Of a stretch of 64,000 bases of DNA, positions 48,063-56,905 are shown one piece after another. Where the stretch lies: NCBI GenBank assembly GCA_963716175.1, contig OY970296.1, positions 576,001 to 640,000 of the forward strand, given 5' to 3'. The notes below the pieces were generated by a model. It made no database searches, was not told the origin of the DNA, and saw only the letters and a program-made list of their open reading frames with translations. The DNA comes from an uncultured Armatimonadetes bacterium. GTDB taxonomy: Bacteria > Armatimonadota > Hebobacteria > Hebobacterales > Hebobacteraceae. Every line of letters starts with the position of its first letter. Position 1 is the first letter of the stretch. Both the position numbers and the translations under genes were made by a program.

Positions 48063-49292
48063 ATGACGCTCATCGTCTTCGGCGCCGGCAATATCGGACG
48101 CTCTTTCGTGGGCCAGCTCTTCGCCAGGGCCGGCTACGAGGTGGGCTTCGTAGATGTGAATCGCTCACTGGTTGATGCCGTCAATCGCGAACGGCGCTAT
48201 CGTATCGAGATCAAGGATCGGCAGCCGGAGACGATCTGGGTGGAGGGTGTCTCTGCGATTGATGGGGCAGACCAGGAGAAGGTTGCCCGCGCCGTGGCCG
48301 GTGCCGATATCCTGGCCACCGCCGTGGGCCCGGGCGCGCTGCCTCATGTCTACCCGGCGATCTCCGCCGGGCTGATAATGAGACGCCAGCACGGGCGAGG
48401 GCCGCTCGACATCATCATCTGCGAGAACTTGCGCAACGCGGCCCACGCCTTTGCCCAGGGGCTGAGGAGCTATCTTCCGTCAGGCTTCCCGCTTGACGAC
48501 TACGTTGGCCTGGTCGAGACCAGCATCGGGAAGATGGTGCCGATGATGCCGGAGGCGGCGCTGCGCCAAGATCCCCTTGTGCTCTACGCGGAGGCCTACA
48601 ACACTCTGATCCTCGATGCCAGGGCCTTCAAGAACCCGATCCCGAACGTCCCTGGGCTCGACCCCAAGCAGGACATGGCGGCCTATGTTGACCGCAAGGC
48701 CTTCATCCACAACCTGGGGCATGCCGCTTGCGCCTACCTTGGCCACCTGCTGAACCCTGACTGGCGCTTCATCTGGGAGACGGTAGGTGATCCCAAGGTG
48801 CGCCGCGCGGCCAAGGTGGCGATGTGGGAATCGGGCCGGGCGCTCATCAAGCGTTACCCGAGTGAGTTCGACGAGCAGAATCAGGAAGCGCACATAAAGG
48901 ACCTCCTGTCCCGGTTCGCCAATCAAGCGCTGGGAGACTCCATCTTCCGCGTGGGGCGCGATCTGCCGCGGAAGTTGTCACGGGAGGATCGCCTGGTCGG
49001 CGCTCTCCTCCTGGACGCAGCCGAGGGCGTGCCCGCCCCCGCGACGACGTTGGCCCTGGCCGCGGCGTTCTTCTTCCAGGCCAGAGACGGGAACGGCCAG
49101 CTCTTCCCGGCCGACGCAGAGTTCCAGCAGAACCTGGCGGAGAACGGCGTTGACACTACTCTCAGGCTGGTCTGCGGCCTGGACGAATCCGCCCCCGCGG
49201 AACGCCGCATCGCGGCAGAGGTGAGGAGGCAGTATTTCGCGCTGCAGTCGCGAGGGGAGCGGTGGCTCGCGCAGTTCCTCGCAGCGGGCTGA
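48063..49292 (+). CDS. Mannitol-1-phosphate 5-dehydrogenase family protein
   Basis: FGAGNIGRSF, TAVG, IICEN, RKAFIHNLGH and RVGRD..RKL..EDRL. Confidence 0.88.
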   Translation: MTLIVFGAGNIGRSFVGQLFARAGYEVGFVDVNRSLVDAVNRERRYRIEIKDRQPETIWVEGVSAIDGADQEKVARAVAGADILATAVGPGALPHVYPAISAGLIMRRQHGRGPLDIIICENLRNAAHAFAQGLRSYLPSGFPLDDYVGLVETSIGKMVPMMPEAALRQDPLVLYAEAYNTLILDARAFKNPIPNVPGLDPKQDMAAYVDRKAFIHNLGHAACAYLGHLLNPDWRFIWETVGDPKVRRAAKVAMWESGRALIKRYPSEFDEQNQEAHIKDLLSRFANQALGDSIFRVGRDLPRKLSREDRLVGALLLDAAEGVPAPATTLALAAAFFFQARDGNGQLFPADAEFQQNLAENGVDTTLRLVCGLDESAPAERRIAAEVRRQYFALQSRGERWLAQFLAAG

Positions 49293-49308
49293 CCGCAGAG
49301 GCGCGGAG
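49290..49308. repeat. Short dispersed repeat (reverse orientation), overlapping a stop codon
   Basis: TGACCGCAGAGGCGCGGAG. Confidence 0.55.
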
Positions 49309-49318
49309 CATTCGATCT

Positions 49319-49345
49319 GTTGGGCAGGAGGTCGCTTCCTGCCCC
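49319..49345. repeat. REP-like hairpin between convergent genes
   Basis: GTTGGGCAGGA-GGTCGCT-TCCTGCCC; shares the GGGCAGG..CCTGCCC stem with the 45474 REP. Confidence 0.5.
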
Positions 49346-49349
49346 TCAA

Positions 49350-50417
49350 TTACCCTCCCGCGGCCTCCTTCGCCAGCTTCTCAATCGCCTCTTTGCCCTC
49401 CGCCACTTCGATCTCGAAGCCGGCGGTGATCTGCTGGCCGACTTCCAGCTCCACCAGCCGGCCCGCGGCGCGCTCGGCGGCGCGGCCCATGGGCAGACAG
49501 TTGCCCGGCTCGATGCCGAGCACATATTCTCGGTCGCCCAGCATCTTCCACTCGGTGAAACAAGGCAGCTCGGAGGCGCGATAGCGCAGCCGCAGGCCAA
49601 GCCCGCCGCCCAGCCGCCGGTTGATCACGGCCACGGTGACGAAGCCCTCTTTGCACGCCTTCATGGTGTGGAAGTAGACCTTCTCCGCGTAACCCATCAC
49701 CGGCGCGTGCATCTTCGCATAATCCTCTCTGCCGGCCTCGGCGGTCGCGTCGCGCGGCTGCACCTGGGTGGTCGGAAGAATCAGCTCGGTGTGGTCGTCC
49801 AGCAGCGGGAAGCCGGTGTTGATGTGATAGAGCAGCATGCACGGCGAACGCCGGGCGCCTGTGTTGGTGATGGTATCCCGCAGCACGAAGCCCGCGCCGT
49901 CGCCATAGGCGCTGATGGTGCGCGCCATCTCCAGGCAGGGACCGAAGAGCCGGGCCTCGCGCATCACGCCGCTCACCTCCAGCACCGGCCGGTCGCCCTG
50001 CCAGGTTTCAGCATAGCTGACTCTTTCGGCCGGGGCGGTGGAGATGCGGCCATGCAGGCCCAGCTCTTCACCTCCGTCGGTGCAGGGCGCGCCGGCCTGC
50101 GTCAGCCCGCAGGTCGTGAGCAGGCCGCCGGAGAATGTCCAGAGCCACTCGATCCCGCGCGGGTCATAGTAGCTCGGCGCCCCATCGCCGGCGGGAGTCC
50201 GGTAGCACAGGCTCATCCCCTGGTAGCGCGCCTCGCTGATATCCATGGCCCGGTCGAGCAGGACGGTGAACTCCAGGCCGCGGGTGGTGCGGAAGTCCAC
50301 CGCGCGAACACCGCTGGCCCTGCCGTCGGACAGAGTGTAGCGCTTCAGACCTCCGACCTGAGAGAGATGACCGGTGCGCTTTTCCACGCATTCGCGGTTA
50401 TGGCCGAAGATGGACAT
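49350..50417 (-). CDS. DUF4432 / aldose 1-epimerase-fold protein
   Basis: VLLDRAMDI, FSGGLLTTCGL..AG, GLHGRIS, LYHINTG and YVLGIEP. Start moved to ATG 50417. Confidence 0.85.
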   Translation of the reverse strand: MSIFGHNRECVEKRTGHLSQVGGLKRYTLSDGRASGVRAVDFRTTRGLEFTVLLDRAMDISEARYQGMSLCYRTPAGDGAPSYYDPRGIEWLWTFSGGLLTTCGLTQAGAPCTDGGEELGLHGRISTAPAERVSYAETWQGDRPVLEVSGVMREARLFGPCLEMARTISAYGDGAGFVLRDTITNTGARRSPCMLLYHINTGFPLLDDHTELILPTTQVQPRDATAEAGREDYAKMHAPVMGYAEKVYFHTMKACKEGFVTVAVINRRLGGGLGLRLRYRASELPCFTEWKMLGDREYVLGIEPGNCLPMGRAAERAAGRLVELEVGQQITAGFEIEVAEGKEAIEKLAKEAAGG

Positions 50418-50497
50418 GGGCAGCTCCTCCTGAGAGATCACTCGCGCAGTGCGAGCGCATATGGTTTGGCGGTCGGGGCGGGAAGTCCTTGCGGGGT

Positions 50498-50532
50498 AAT
50501 GACAGAGACCGATCTGCAAATGACACAGACCG
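50498..50532. promoter_or_regulatory. 14-bp direct repeat with 21-bp period in a divergent promoter region
   Basis: AATGACAGAGACCG (50498) and AATGACACAGACCG (50519). Confidence 0.5.
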
Positions 50533-50648
50533 GCGCGGCCGCCTGTCGCGCATCGGCCCGCGCGGGCAGGCCCCTGTGCATGGGCTGGCACAGGGATGAC
50601 CTGCAGCGGAGGGAATGAGAGCGCGAGACGCGGTTTCGGGAGGCGATC

Positions 50649-52361
50649 ATGTCATCGGGGAAGCTAGCTGCTATCGGGTGGCGGCTCCACGGCGCCAGCC
50701 TCGGCCGCTTGGAGGCGGTGGTCGAGGCGGCCCTGGCGCAGGTAGCGAAGCAGGACATCGCGGCAAGGATCTGGGCCCATGACCATACGGTGTGGAAGCC
50801 AGAGCCAAGGGAGATCAGCAACAGGTTGGGCTGGCTGGAGACCGCTGCGGCGATGGCCGGCAACACCCAGCGCCTGCGCTCGTTCGCCGGCGAAGCGAGG
50901 CGCGCGGGTTACACCCAGGCCTTGCTCCTGGGGATGGGTGGCTCCAGTCTCGCCCCCGAGCTCTTCCGCAGGACCTTCGGCGTGGCGCCCGGATACCTGA
51001 ACCTGGCGGTGCTCGACAGCACCGATCCGGGCGTGGTGCTGGCTCATGCCAAACGCCTCCGGCCCGCAGAGAGCCTCTTCATCGTCTCCAGCAAGTCGGG
51101 CAGCACGGTGGAGCCGCTCTCCTTCTTCAAGTTCTTCTACAACTGGGTGGCGCAGGCCGTAGGCCGGGACCGGGCGGGCGAGCACTTCCTGGCGATCACC
51201 GATCCCGGCAGTGGGCTGGCCGGTCTTGCCGACCGCTATCGCTTCCGCGCCACTTTCCTGAATGACCCGAACATCGGCGGGCGCTACTCGGCCCTGTCCT
51301 ATTTCGGCCTGACGCCGGCGGCCTTGGTCGGGGTAGACCTGGACCGGCTGCTGCAGGCCGGGATGGCGGCGGCAGAGAGCTGCAAGCCATCCGTGCCGGC
51401 ACGGGAGAATCTTGGCATTTGGCTGGGCGTGGTGTTGGCAGAGGCCGCGAAGGCCGGCAGGGACAAGGCCACTTTCGTGCTGTCACCCCGGATCGCAAGT
51501 TTCGGCGACTGGCTGGAGCAGTTGCTGGCCGAGAGCACGGGCAAGGAAGGGCGCGGCATTCTGCCGGTGGTGGGGGAGCCGTTGGCGCCTCCAGCCGTGT
51601 ACGGGGATGACCGGATCCTCGTCCAACTGCGGCTGGGCGAGGATGACACAGCCGAATCCGCCCTGTCCGCGCTGGAAGCGGCGGGACAGCCGACAGTGAG
51701 GCTGCGGCTTGCTGATCAGTACGACCTGGGTGGGCAATTCTTCATCTGGGAGCTGGCGACCGCGGTAGCAGGCCACCGCCTCGGGATCAACCCCTTCGAC
51801 CAGCCCAATGTGGAGGCCTCCAAGGAGCTGGCCCGGAAGATGGTGAAGACCTACGCCGAGACCGGTTCGCTGCCGGCCGAGGCGCCCGCGCTGAGTGGAG
51901 ACGGTATCGCTGTCTATGGCGACGTCCAGGGAGACAGCCCGCGGGAGGCGTTGGCGGGATTCCTGCAGGCGGCCATTCCGGGTGCCTATGTGTCACTGCA
52001 GGCCTACCTCCGGGCGACCGTGGAGGTGGAGGCGGCCTTGCAGGCGCTGCGCCTGAAGGTCCGGGAGCGATCCCGTTTGGCCATAACCGTGGGCTACGGT
52101 CCACGCTTCCTGCATTCGACTGGCCAGCTTCATAAGGGCGATGCCGGAAGGGGGCTGTTCGTCCAGCTCACGGCCAATGACGCAAAGGACGTTGGCATAC
52201 CGGATGAGGCCGGTTCGGGTACCTCGTCTGTCACCTTCGGGGTGCTGAAGGCGGCCGAGGCGATGGGCGATCGGCGGGCCCTGTCGGCTGCGGGCCGGCG
52301 GGTGATCCGATTCCATCTGGGCAAGGATCCGGCAGGCGGAATCCGGCGGCTGGCCGAATGA
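50649..52361 (+). CDS. pgi: Glucose-6-phosphate isomerase (type related to the Tal-Pgi fusion domain)
   Basis: GMGGSSL, SSKSGST, GGRYS, EQLLAESTGK, NPFDQPNVE..K and GPRFLHSTGQLHKG. Confidence 0.9.
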   Translation: MSSGKLAAIGWRLHGASLGRLEAVVEAALAQVAKQDIAARIWAHDHTVWKPEPREISNRLGWLETAAAMAGNTQRLRSFAGEARRAGYTQALLLGMGGSSLAPELFRRTFGVAPGYLNLAVLDSTDPGVVLAHAKRLRPAESLFIVSSKSGSTVEPLSFFKFFYNWVAQAVGRDRAGEHFLAITDPGSGLAGLADRYRFRATFLNDPNIGGRYSALSYFGLTPAALVGVDLDRLLQAGMAAAESCKPSVPARENLGIWLGVVLAEAAKAGRDKATFVLSPRIASFGDWLEQLLAESTGKEGRGILPVVGEPLAPPAVYGDDRILVQLRLGEDDTAESALSALEAAGQPTVRLRLADQYDLGGQFFIWELATAVAGHRLGINPFDQPNVEASKELARKMVKTYAETGSLPAEAPALSGDGIAVYGDVQGDSPREALAGFLQAAIPGAYVSLQAYLRATVEVEAALQALRLKVRERSRLAITVGYGPRFLHSTGQLHKGDAGRGLFVQLTANDAKDVGIPDEAGSGTSSVTFGVLKAAEAMGDRRALSAAGRRVIRFHLGKDPAGGIRRLAE

Positions 52362-53089
52362 AAGGAGGCGGAGGGCGCCAGGTGGGAACCGATGTAGGCC
52401 AGCTCAAGCGGCAGGCGGCCGAGGCTGCCGTGGCATACGTGCAGTCGGGCATGGTGCTGGGGCTGGGATACGGCAGCACCGCCCTGATAGCAGTGCGCCG
52501 GATCGGCAACCTGCTGCAGGCCGGCCGGCTCCGCGATATCCGCGGCATTCCCTGCGCGCGCAAGCTGGAGGCAGAGGCGTGCGGGCTCGGGATCCTGCTC
52601 ACCACCCTGCAGGAGCACCCCGTCATTGACCTGACCATTGACGGCGCGGATGAAGTGACCGCGAATCTGGACATGATCAAGGGTGGCGGCGGAGCGCTGC
52701 TGCACGAGAAGGTGGTGGCACAGGCGACTCGGCGCGAGGTCATCGTGGTGGACGAGCGCAAGCTGACGCCGGCCCTGGGCACGCGAGCGGCAGTGCCGGT
52801 CGAGATCATCTCCTTCGGGTGGCGCTCGCACCTGGCCTATCTGGAGTCACTGGGAGCGCGGGTGGCGCCTCGCACGAACCGGGACGGGGACCTGTTCCGG
52901 ACAGACGAAGGCAACCTGATCGTGGATTGTGAGTTCGGACCCATCGCCAATCCCGGGAAGCTGGCGGCGCAGATCAGAGCCCATGCCGGCGTGGTGGAAC
53001 ACGGGCTTTTCCTGGGCCTGGCGACAGAAGTGATCGTAGCCGGCGCCCAAGGCATCCGATATCTCAAGCGCGGCGAGACCACAGGCTGA
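52358..53089 (+). CDS. rpiA: Ribose-5-phosphate isomerase A
   Basis: GLGYGST, IDGADE, IKGGGGALLHEK and GVVEHGLF. Start could be 52382. Confidence 0.95.
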   Translation: MKGGGGRQVGTDVGQLKRQAAEAAVAYVQSGMVLGLGYGSTALIAVRRIGNLLQAGRLRDIRGIPCARKLEAEACGLGILLTTLQEHPVIDLTIDGADEVTANLDMIKGGGGALLHEKVVAQATRREVIVVDERKLTPALGTRAAVPVEIISFGWRSHLAYLESLGARVAPRTNRDGDLFRTDEGNLIVDCEFGPIANPGKLAAQIRAHAGVVEHGLFLGLATEVIVAGAQGIRYLKRGETTG

Positions 53090-53106
53090 GGCCGCGCCAC
53101 GACGCC

Positions 53107-54030
53107 ATGACCTCCAGCGAGCACCGGCCCCGCATCCTGGGTGTGGGCATCGCTTGTCTCGATTACCTATTCCTCGCGCCCCGCGCGGCTTCCGGCGGAC
53201 AGGCGCCCTTGCGTGATCACCTGATCCAGGGCGGCGGGCTGGTGGGCACGGCGGTGGTAGCTGCGGCGCGTCTGGGCGCGGCCGCCGATATCTGGACCTG
53301 GGTGGGAGATGACCCAGAAGGCCAACAGGTGTTGGCCGAACTGCAGCAGGAAGGGGTAGGCATCGGGCTGGCCGAGCTGATCACCGGGGCGCGCACCGCG
53401 CTGAGTTTCATCCATGTGGAAGCTGACACTGGCGAGCGCACCATCTTCCACGGCCCGCGCGTGCAGGTGCCCCAGTCACTGCTCGCAGGAGTGGCCAAGC
53501 GAACCCTCGCCTGCGACGTGCTGCTGGTGGATGCCGTCTGGCCAGAGGCCAGCCAGGCCGCGGCGGCCATGGCACGGCGGGATGGGCGGCCGGTGGTGGG
53601 GGACTTCTGCCCGAGCGCAGAGCTGTCGGAACTGGCAAGCCTGGTGACGGCCTTGATCGTTCCAGGTAAAGCCGCCGACCGGCTGCTGCCCGATGTCGGC
53701 CGAGAAGAGCAGCTTCGTTCATTCGCCCGCAGCGGGCCTGCCTTCGTCGCGATCACCTCGGGATCGGAAGGATGCCACTACCTGGAGGGCGGGCGAGTGC
53801 GCCATCGCCCGGCCTTCTCCGTCCCGGTTGTGGACACTACCGGCGCGGGCGATGTGTTCCACGGCGCCTTCGCCTATGCCCTGGCGCACACATGGCCGGC
53901 CTCGCAGGCGGTCGAGTTTGCGGCCGCGGCGGCCGCACTAAGCTGCCGGGCTCTCGGTGGGCGCACCTCGGCGCCGACAAGCAACGAAGTCCTCGCGCTG
54001 TTGAAGGCGCAGGGACCAGGCGGGTGGTAG
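53107..54030 (+). CDS. PfkB family carbohydrate kinase
   Basis: QGGG..GTA, VGDD and VVDTTGAGDVFHG. Confidence 0.9.
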   Translation: MTSSEHRPRILGVGIACLDYLFLAPRAASGGQAPLRDHLIQGGGLVGTAVVAAARLGAAADIWTWVGDDPEGQQVLAELQQEGVGIGLAELITGARTALSFIHVEADTGERTIFHGPRVQVPQSLLAGVAKRTLACDVLLVDAVWPEASQAAAAMARRDGRPVVGDFCPSAELSELASLVTALIVPGKAADRLLPDVGREEQLRSFARSGPAFVAITSGSEGCHYLEGGRVRHRPAFSVPVVDTTGAGDVFHGAFAYALAHTWPASQAVEFAAAAAALSCRALGGRTSAPTSNEVLALLKAQGPGGW

Positions 54031-54056
54031 CAGGGGGCCCGCCGAGGGACCCCCTG
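54031..54056. terminator. Hairpin between convergent genes
   Basis: CAGGGGG...CCCCCTG stem. Confidence 0.45.
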
Positions 54057-54086
54057 AGAAAGGCTGCAGGCTCTTCCGCGCAGCTC

Positions 54087-55193
54087 CTACTCGTCCACCC
54101 TGCCTGGGAGCAGGTTCATGGGCATGGCCGCCGGTCGGGCGCAGGTGCTGGTGAGCTGGATGTGCTTTCCCTCCCGCGACGCCTCGTGGACAGCGTGCAT
54201 CACGTCGAGCACGTGAAACGCTAGCTGGCCGCTGGCGCGATGGGGCCGGCCGGAGCGGAGGGCCGCGGCCATATCTGCTACCCCCAGGCCGCGGCTATTC
54301 TCGGCATACCCATGTGTGAGCGGGATCTCGCTCCAGCCGGCACCCGGCCGGGAGAGCTTCACCGGGCCACTGAAGGTGTTGGGGTCCGGGACACTCAAGC
54401 TCCCCTCGCTGCCGTAGATCTCGATGCGAGGCAGGTCCGCGGCCCAGACATCGAAGCTGGTGATGATGCTCCCGACCGCGCCGTCGGCGAAGTCCAGCAC
54501 GCCCACGACATGGGTCGGCACCTCCACTGCCACCACCGTGCCATACTTGGGCTGGCTGGTGATGGTGCGCTCCGAGAACGTGAGCTGAGTCGAGCCGGTG
54601 ACGCGCCGCACCGGGCCCATGAGGTTGACCAGCGCGGTCAGGTAGTAGGGACCCATGTCGAACATGGGCCCGCCGCCGGCCTGGTAATAGAAGGCCGGGT
54701 CGGGATGCCAGCTCTCATGCCCGTGGCAGGTCATGAAGGCGGTAGCGGCAACGGGTCTGCCGATCCAGCCGTCGTCTATCAGCTTGCGACAGGTCTGGAT
54801 GCCCCCGCCCATGAAGGTGTCGGGTGCACATCCCACCAGCACGCCCTTGGCGGCCGCGGCGTCAACGATGCGCTTGCCATCCTCCCGGGTGACGGCCAAT
54901 GGCTTCTCGTTGTAGACGCTCTTGCCGGCCTGGATCGCGGCCAGCGCCACCTCGGCATGGGCCTTGGGGATGGTCAGGTTCAGCACCATCTCGATGGAAG
55001 GGTCGGAGAGCAGTTCCCCCGCCGAGCAGGCCTTCGGGACTCCGAACTGCTCGGCGCTGGCCTTGGCTCGCTCCGCGATCAGGTCGGCGCAGGCGACGAC
55101 CTCGAGCATCTCCAGCTTCTGCGCGTTGCTCAGGTAAATCCCACTGATGTTGCCACAGCCGATGACGCCGACCCTGGCAGGTGATGCGCCCAT
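54087..55193 (-). CDS. Gfo/Idh/MocA family oxidoreductase
   Basis: [25 protein letters not shown] and [12 protein letters not shown]. Start moved to ATG 55193. Confidence 0.92.
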   Translation of the reverse strand: MGASPARVGVIGCGNISGIYLSNAQKLEMLEVVACADLIAERAKASAEQFGVPKACSAGELLSDPSIEMVLNLTIPKAHAEVALAAIQAGKSVYNEKPLAVTREDGKRIVDAAAAKGVLVGCAPDTFMGGGIQTCRKLIDDGWIGRPVAATAFMTCHGHESWHPDPAFYYQAGGGPMFDMGPYYLTALVNLMGPVRRVTGSTQLTFSERTITSQPKYGTVVAVEVPTHVVGVLDFADGAVGSIITSFDVWAADLPRIEIYGSEGSLSVPDPNTFSGPVKLSRPGAGWSEIPLTHGYAENSRGLGVADMAAALRSGRPHRASGQLAFHVLDVMHAVHEASREGKHIQLTSTCARPAAMPMNLLPGRVDE

Positions 55194-55234
55194 GGTGGCT
55201 CCTTTCTGCTTCCCGGTGACGGAGGAACGGCGGG

Positions 55235-55879
55235 CTAGCGAGCGGCCCAGAGCAGGCCGCGCTTGACGATCTCCAGCGCCTCGGGCACCATGAAGTCGGC
55301 AGCGACGTGGCCCAGCGAGGTGTAGAAGACGCGGCCTGCTCCCCACCGGCGCTTCCATACCACCGGCATCACCGCCCCGTCAATCCACGGGCAGTGATCG
55401 CCCCGGAAGGTGGTAGTGGCGAGCACCTCGTTCGATGGGTCAACATGCATGTAGTACTGCTCGGAGTGCATGTCGAAGTCGGACAGCCCCTTGGTGATGG
55501 GGTCATCATGGTTGATGATGTTCACCCGGTAGTCAATGACCCCGCCGGGGTGGGCCACCCACTGGCCACCGACCATGAACTGGTACTCGGTGTTGTTGCG
55601 GAAGGAATCACCCATCCCGCCGTGCCAGCCGGCAGTGCCAACGCCGCTCTCGATGGCGCCTAGCAAGCCTGCCTCCTGCTCGCCAGTGATCTCCCCCATT
55701 GTCCACACCGGCACGATCAAGCTAAGGGATCTGAGGTAATCCTTCTCCAGGTAGACGCCGAGTGCATCCGAGATACGGACCTCGAACTTCTGTTGCTCCA
55801 GATAGGGGGCGAAGATGTCCACGCACTGCTTGGGCTCGTGTCCATCCCAGCCGCCCCAGACCATCAAGGCTTTCCTCAT
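55235..55879 (-). CDS. ThuA-like (class I glutamine amidotransferase fold) protein
   Basis: [26 protein letters not shown] and [10 protein letters not shown]. Confidence 0.9.
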   Translation of the reverse strand: MRKALMVWGGWDGHEPKQCVDIFAPYLEQQKFEVRISDALGVYLEKDYLRSLSLIVPVWTMGEITGEQEAGLLGAIESGVGTAGWHGGMGDSFRNNTEYQFMVGGQWVAHPGGVIDYRVNIINHDDPITKGLSDFDMHSEQYYMHVDPSNEVLATTTFRGDHCPWIDGAVMPVVWKRRWGAGRVFYTSLGHVAADFMVPEALEIVKRGLLWAAR

Positions 55880-56029
55880 GAGTCGCTCCGGTAGACGAGA
55901 TTTTCGGGAACTCTATTTCTGACGTGGCACGCAGTAGCCCTGCCCGGCCCCCGAAGTCTCCCCTGGCCGCGAGGCGGCGGTAGAGAGCGGCGATGCTCAG
56001 GCACCCCGGGCGCGCCTCGCATGGCCGCC

Positions 56030-56848
56030 CTACAGCCCACCCACCAGCCGGAAGCAGCTTCCGTGCGACAGGTGGTCCACCGTGAGCGCAGGGAACTGCT
56101 CCTTGCAGTACTGTGCCAGGGTGGCCATGCCGGGCTCCTCGGAGGTGCCATGGTTGACCCGGATGATGGGGTGGTCGGCGTCGGCCGCAGACTGGAGGTT
56201 CTCCCAGTACCAGTTGCCATCATCACAAACAATGGAGACGTCGCAGCCCATCTCCTGGAAGATCAGCGGATCGCAGGCGCAGCCAGTGCCAACGCCGACC
56301 TTAGAGACGATCTGCTCATGGTCGCCCACCACCTGGACAGCAGGCTCTCCGAGGGCTGCCGTGCTGGCGGCGATGCGTCGGGCGAGGACCGCGAGGCTGA
56401 CGGGCTCGATGTCGTAGCGGTGCTGGTAGCCTTCTGCGCCGATCGCCGCCGGCCTTCTGCCCAGGCCCAGGAACCTGGCCCAGGCCCACGGGATTCCGAT
56501 CTCCGGCATCCTGTCCCAAGCATCGTGAATACGCAAGATGATCAGCCCATTGTCCTCGATGAAGCCTCTCTTCCGCTCCGCCAGCTCTCGCTTTGGCGTC
56601 CCCGGGGTCCAGTCCTCCACCCGCGCCAGTTCCTCCCGGTGCGCCCAGAAGGTCGGCTCGTGGGTGATCAGCAACTGGCAGCGGCCTGCTGCCGCCGCTC
56701 GCAAGGCCGCGAAGCTGCTGATCCAGGTCACCAGAACGCGGCGAACCTGGGCCTGGGGGTTGCCGATGATGACCCTATCCACGGTCTGGTCAGGATCGAC
56801 CCAGTGGGCGCGCGACAGGAAGTGGGAGAGAATCTCGGAAGCAGTCAT
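56030..56848 (-). CDS. Nif3-like dinuclear metal-centre protein
   Basis: ITHEPTFW, RIHDAWD and NHGTSEEPGM. Confidence 0.85.
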   Translation of the reverse strand: MTASEILSHFLSRAHWVDPDQTVDRVIIGNPQAQVRRVLVTWISSFAALRAAAAGRCQLLITHEPTFWAHREELARVEDWTPGTPKRELAERKRGFIEDNGLIILRIHDAWDRMPEIGIPWAWARFLGLGRRPAAIGAEGYQHRYDIEPVSLAVLARRIAASTAALGEPAVQVVGDHEQIVSKVGVGTGCACDPLIFQEMGCDVSIVCDDGNWYWENLQSAADADHPIIRVNHGTSEEPGMATLAQYCKEQFPALTVDHLSHGSCFRLVGGL

Positions 56849-56905
56849 TGGTATTCCCGTCCGGCAGGAGATCACTTGCCCGCAGGGCAAGTTCGGGCCG
56901 CTCCC

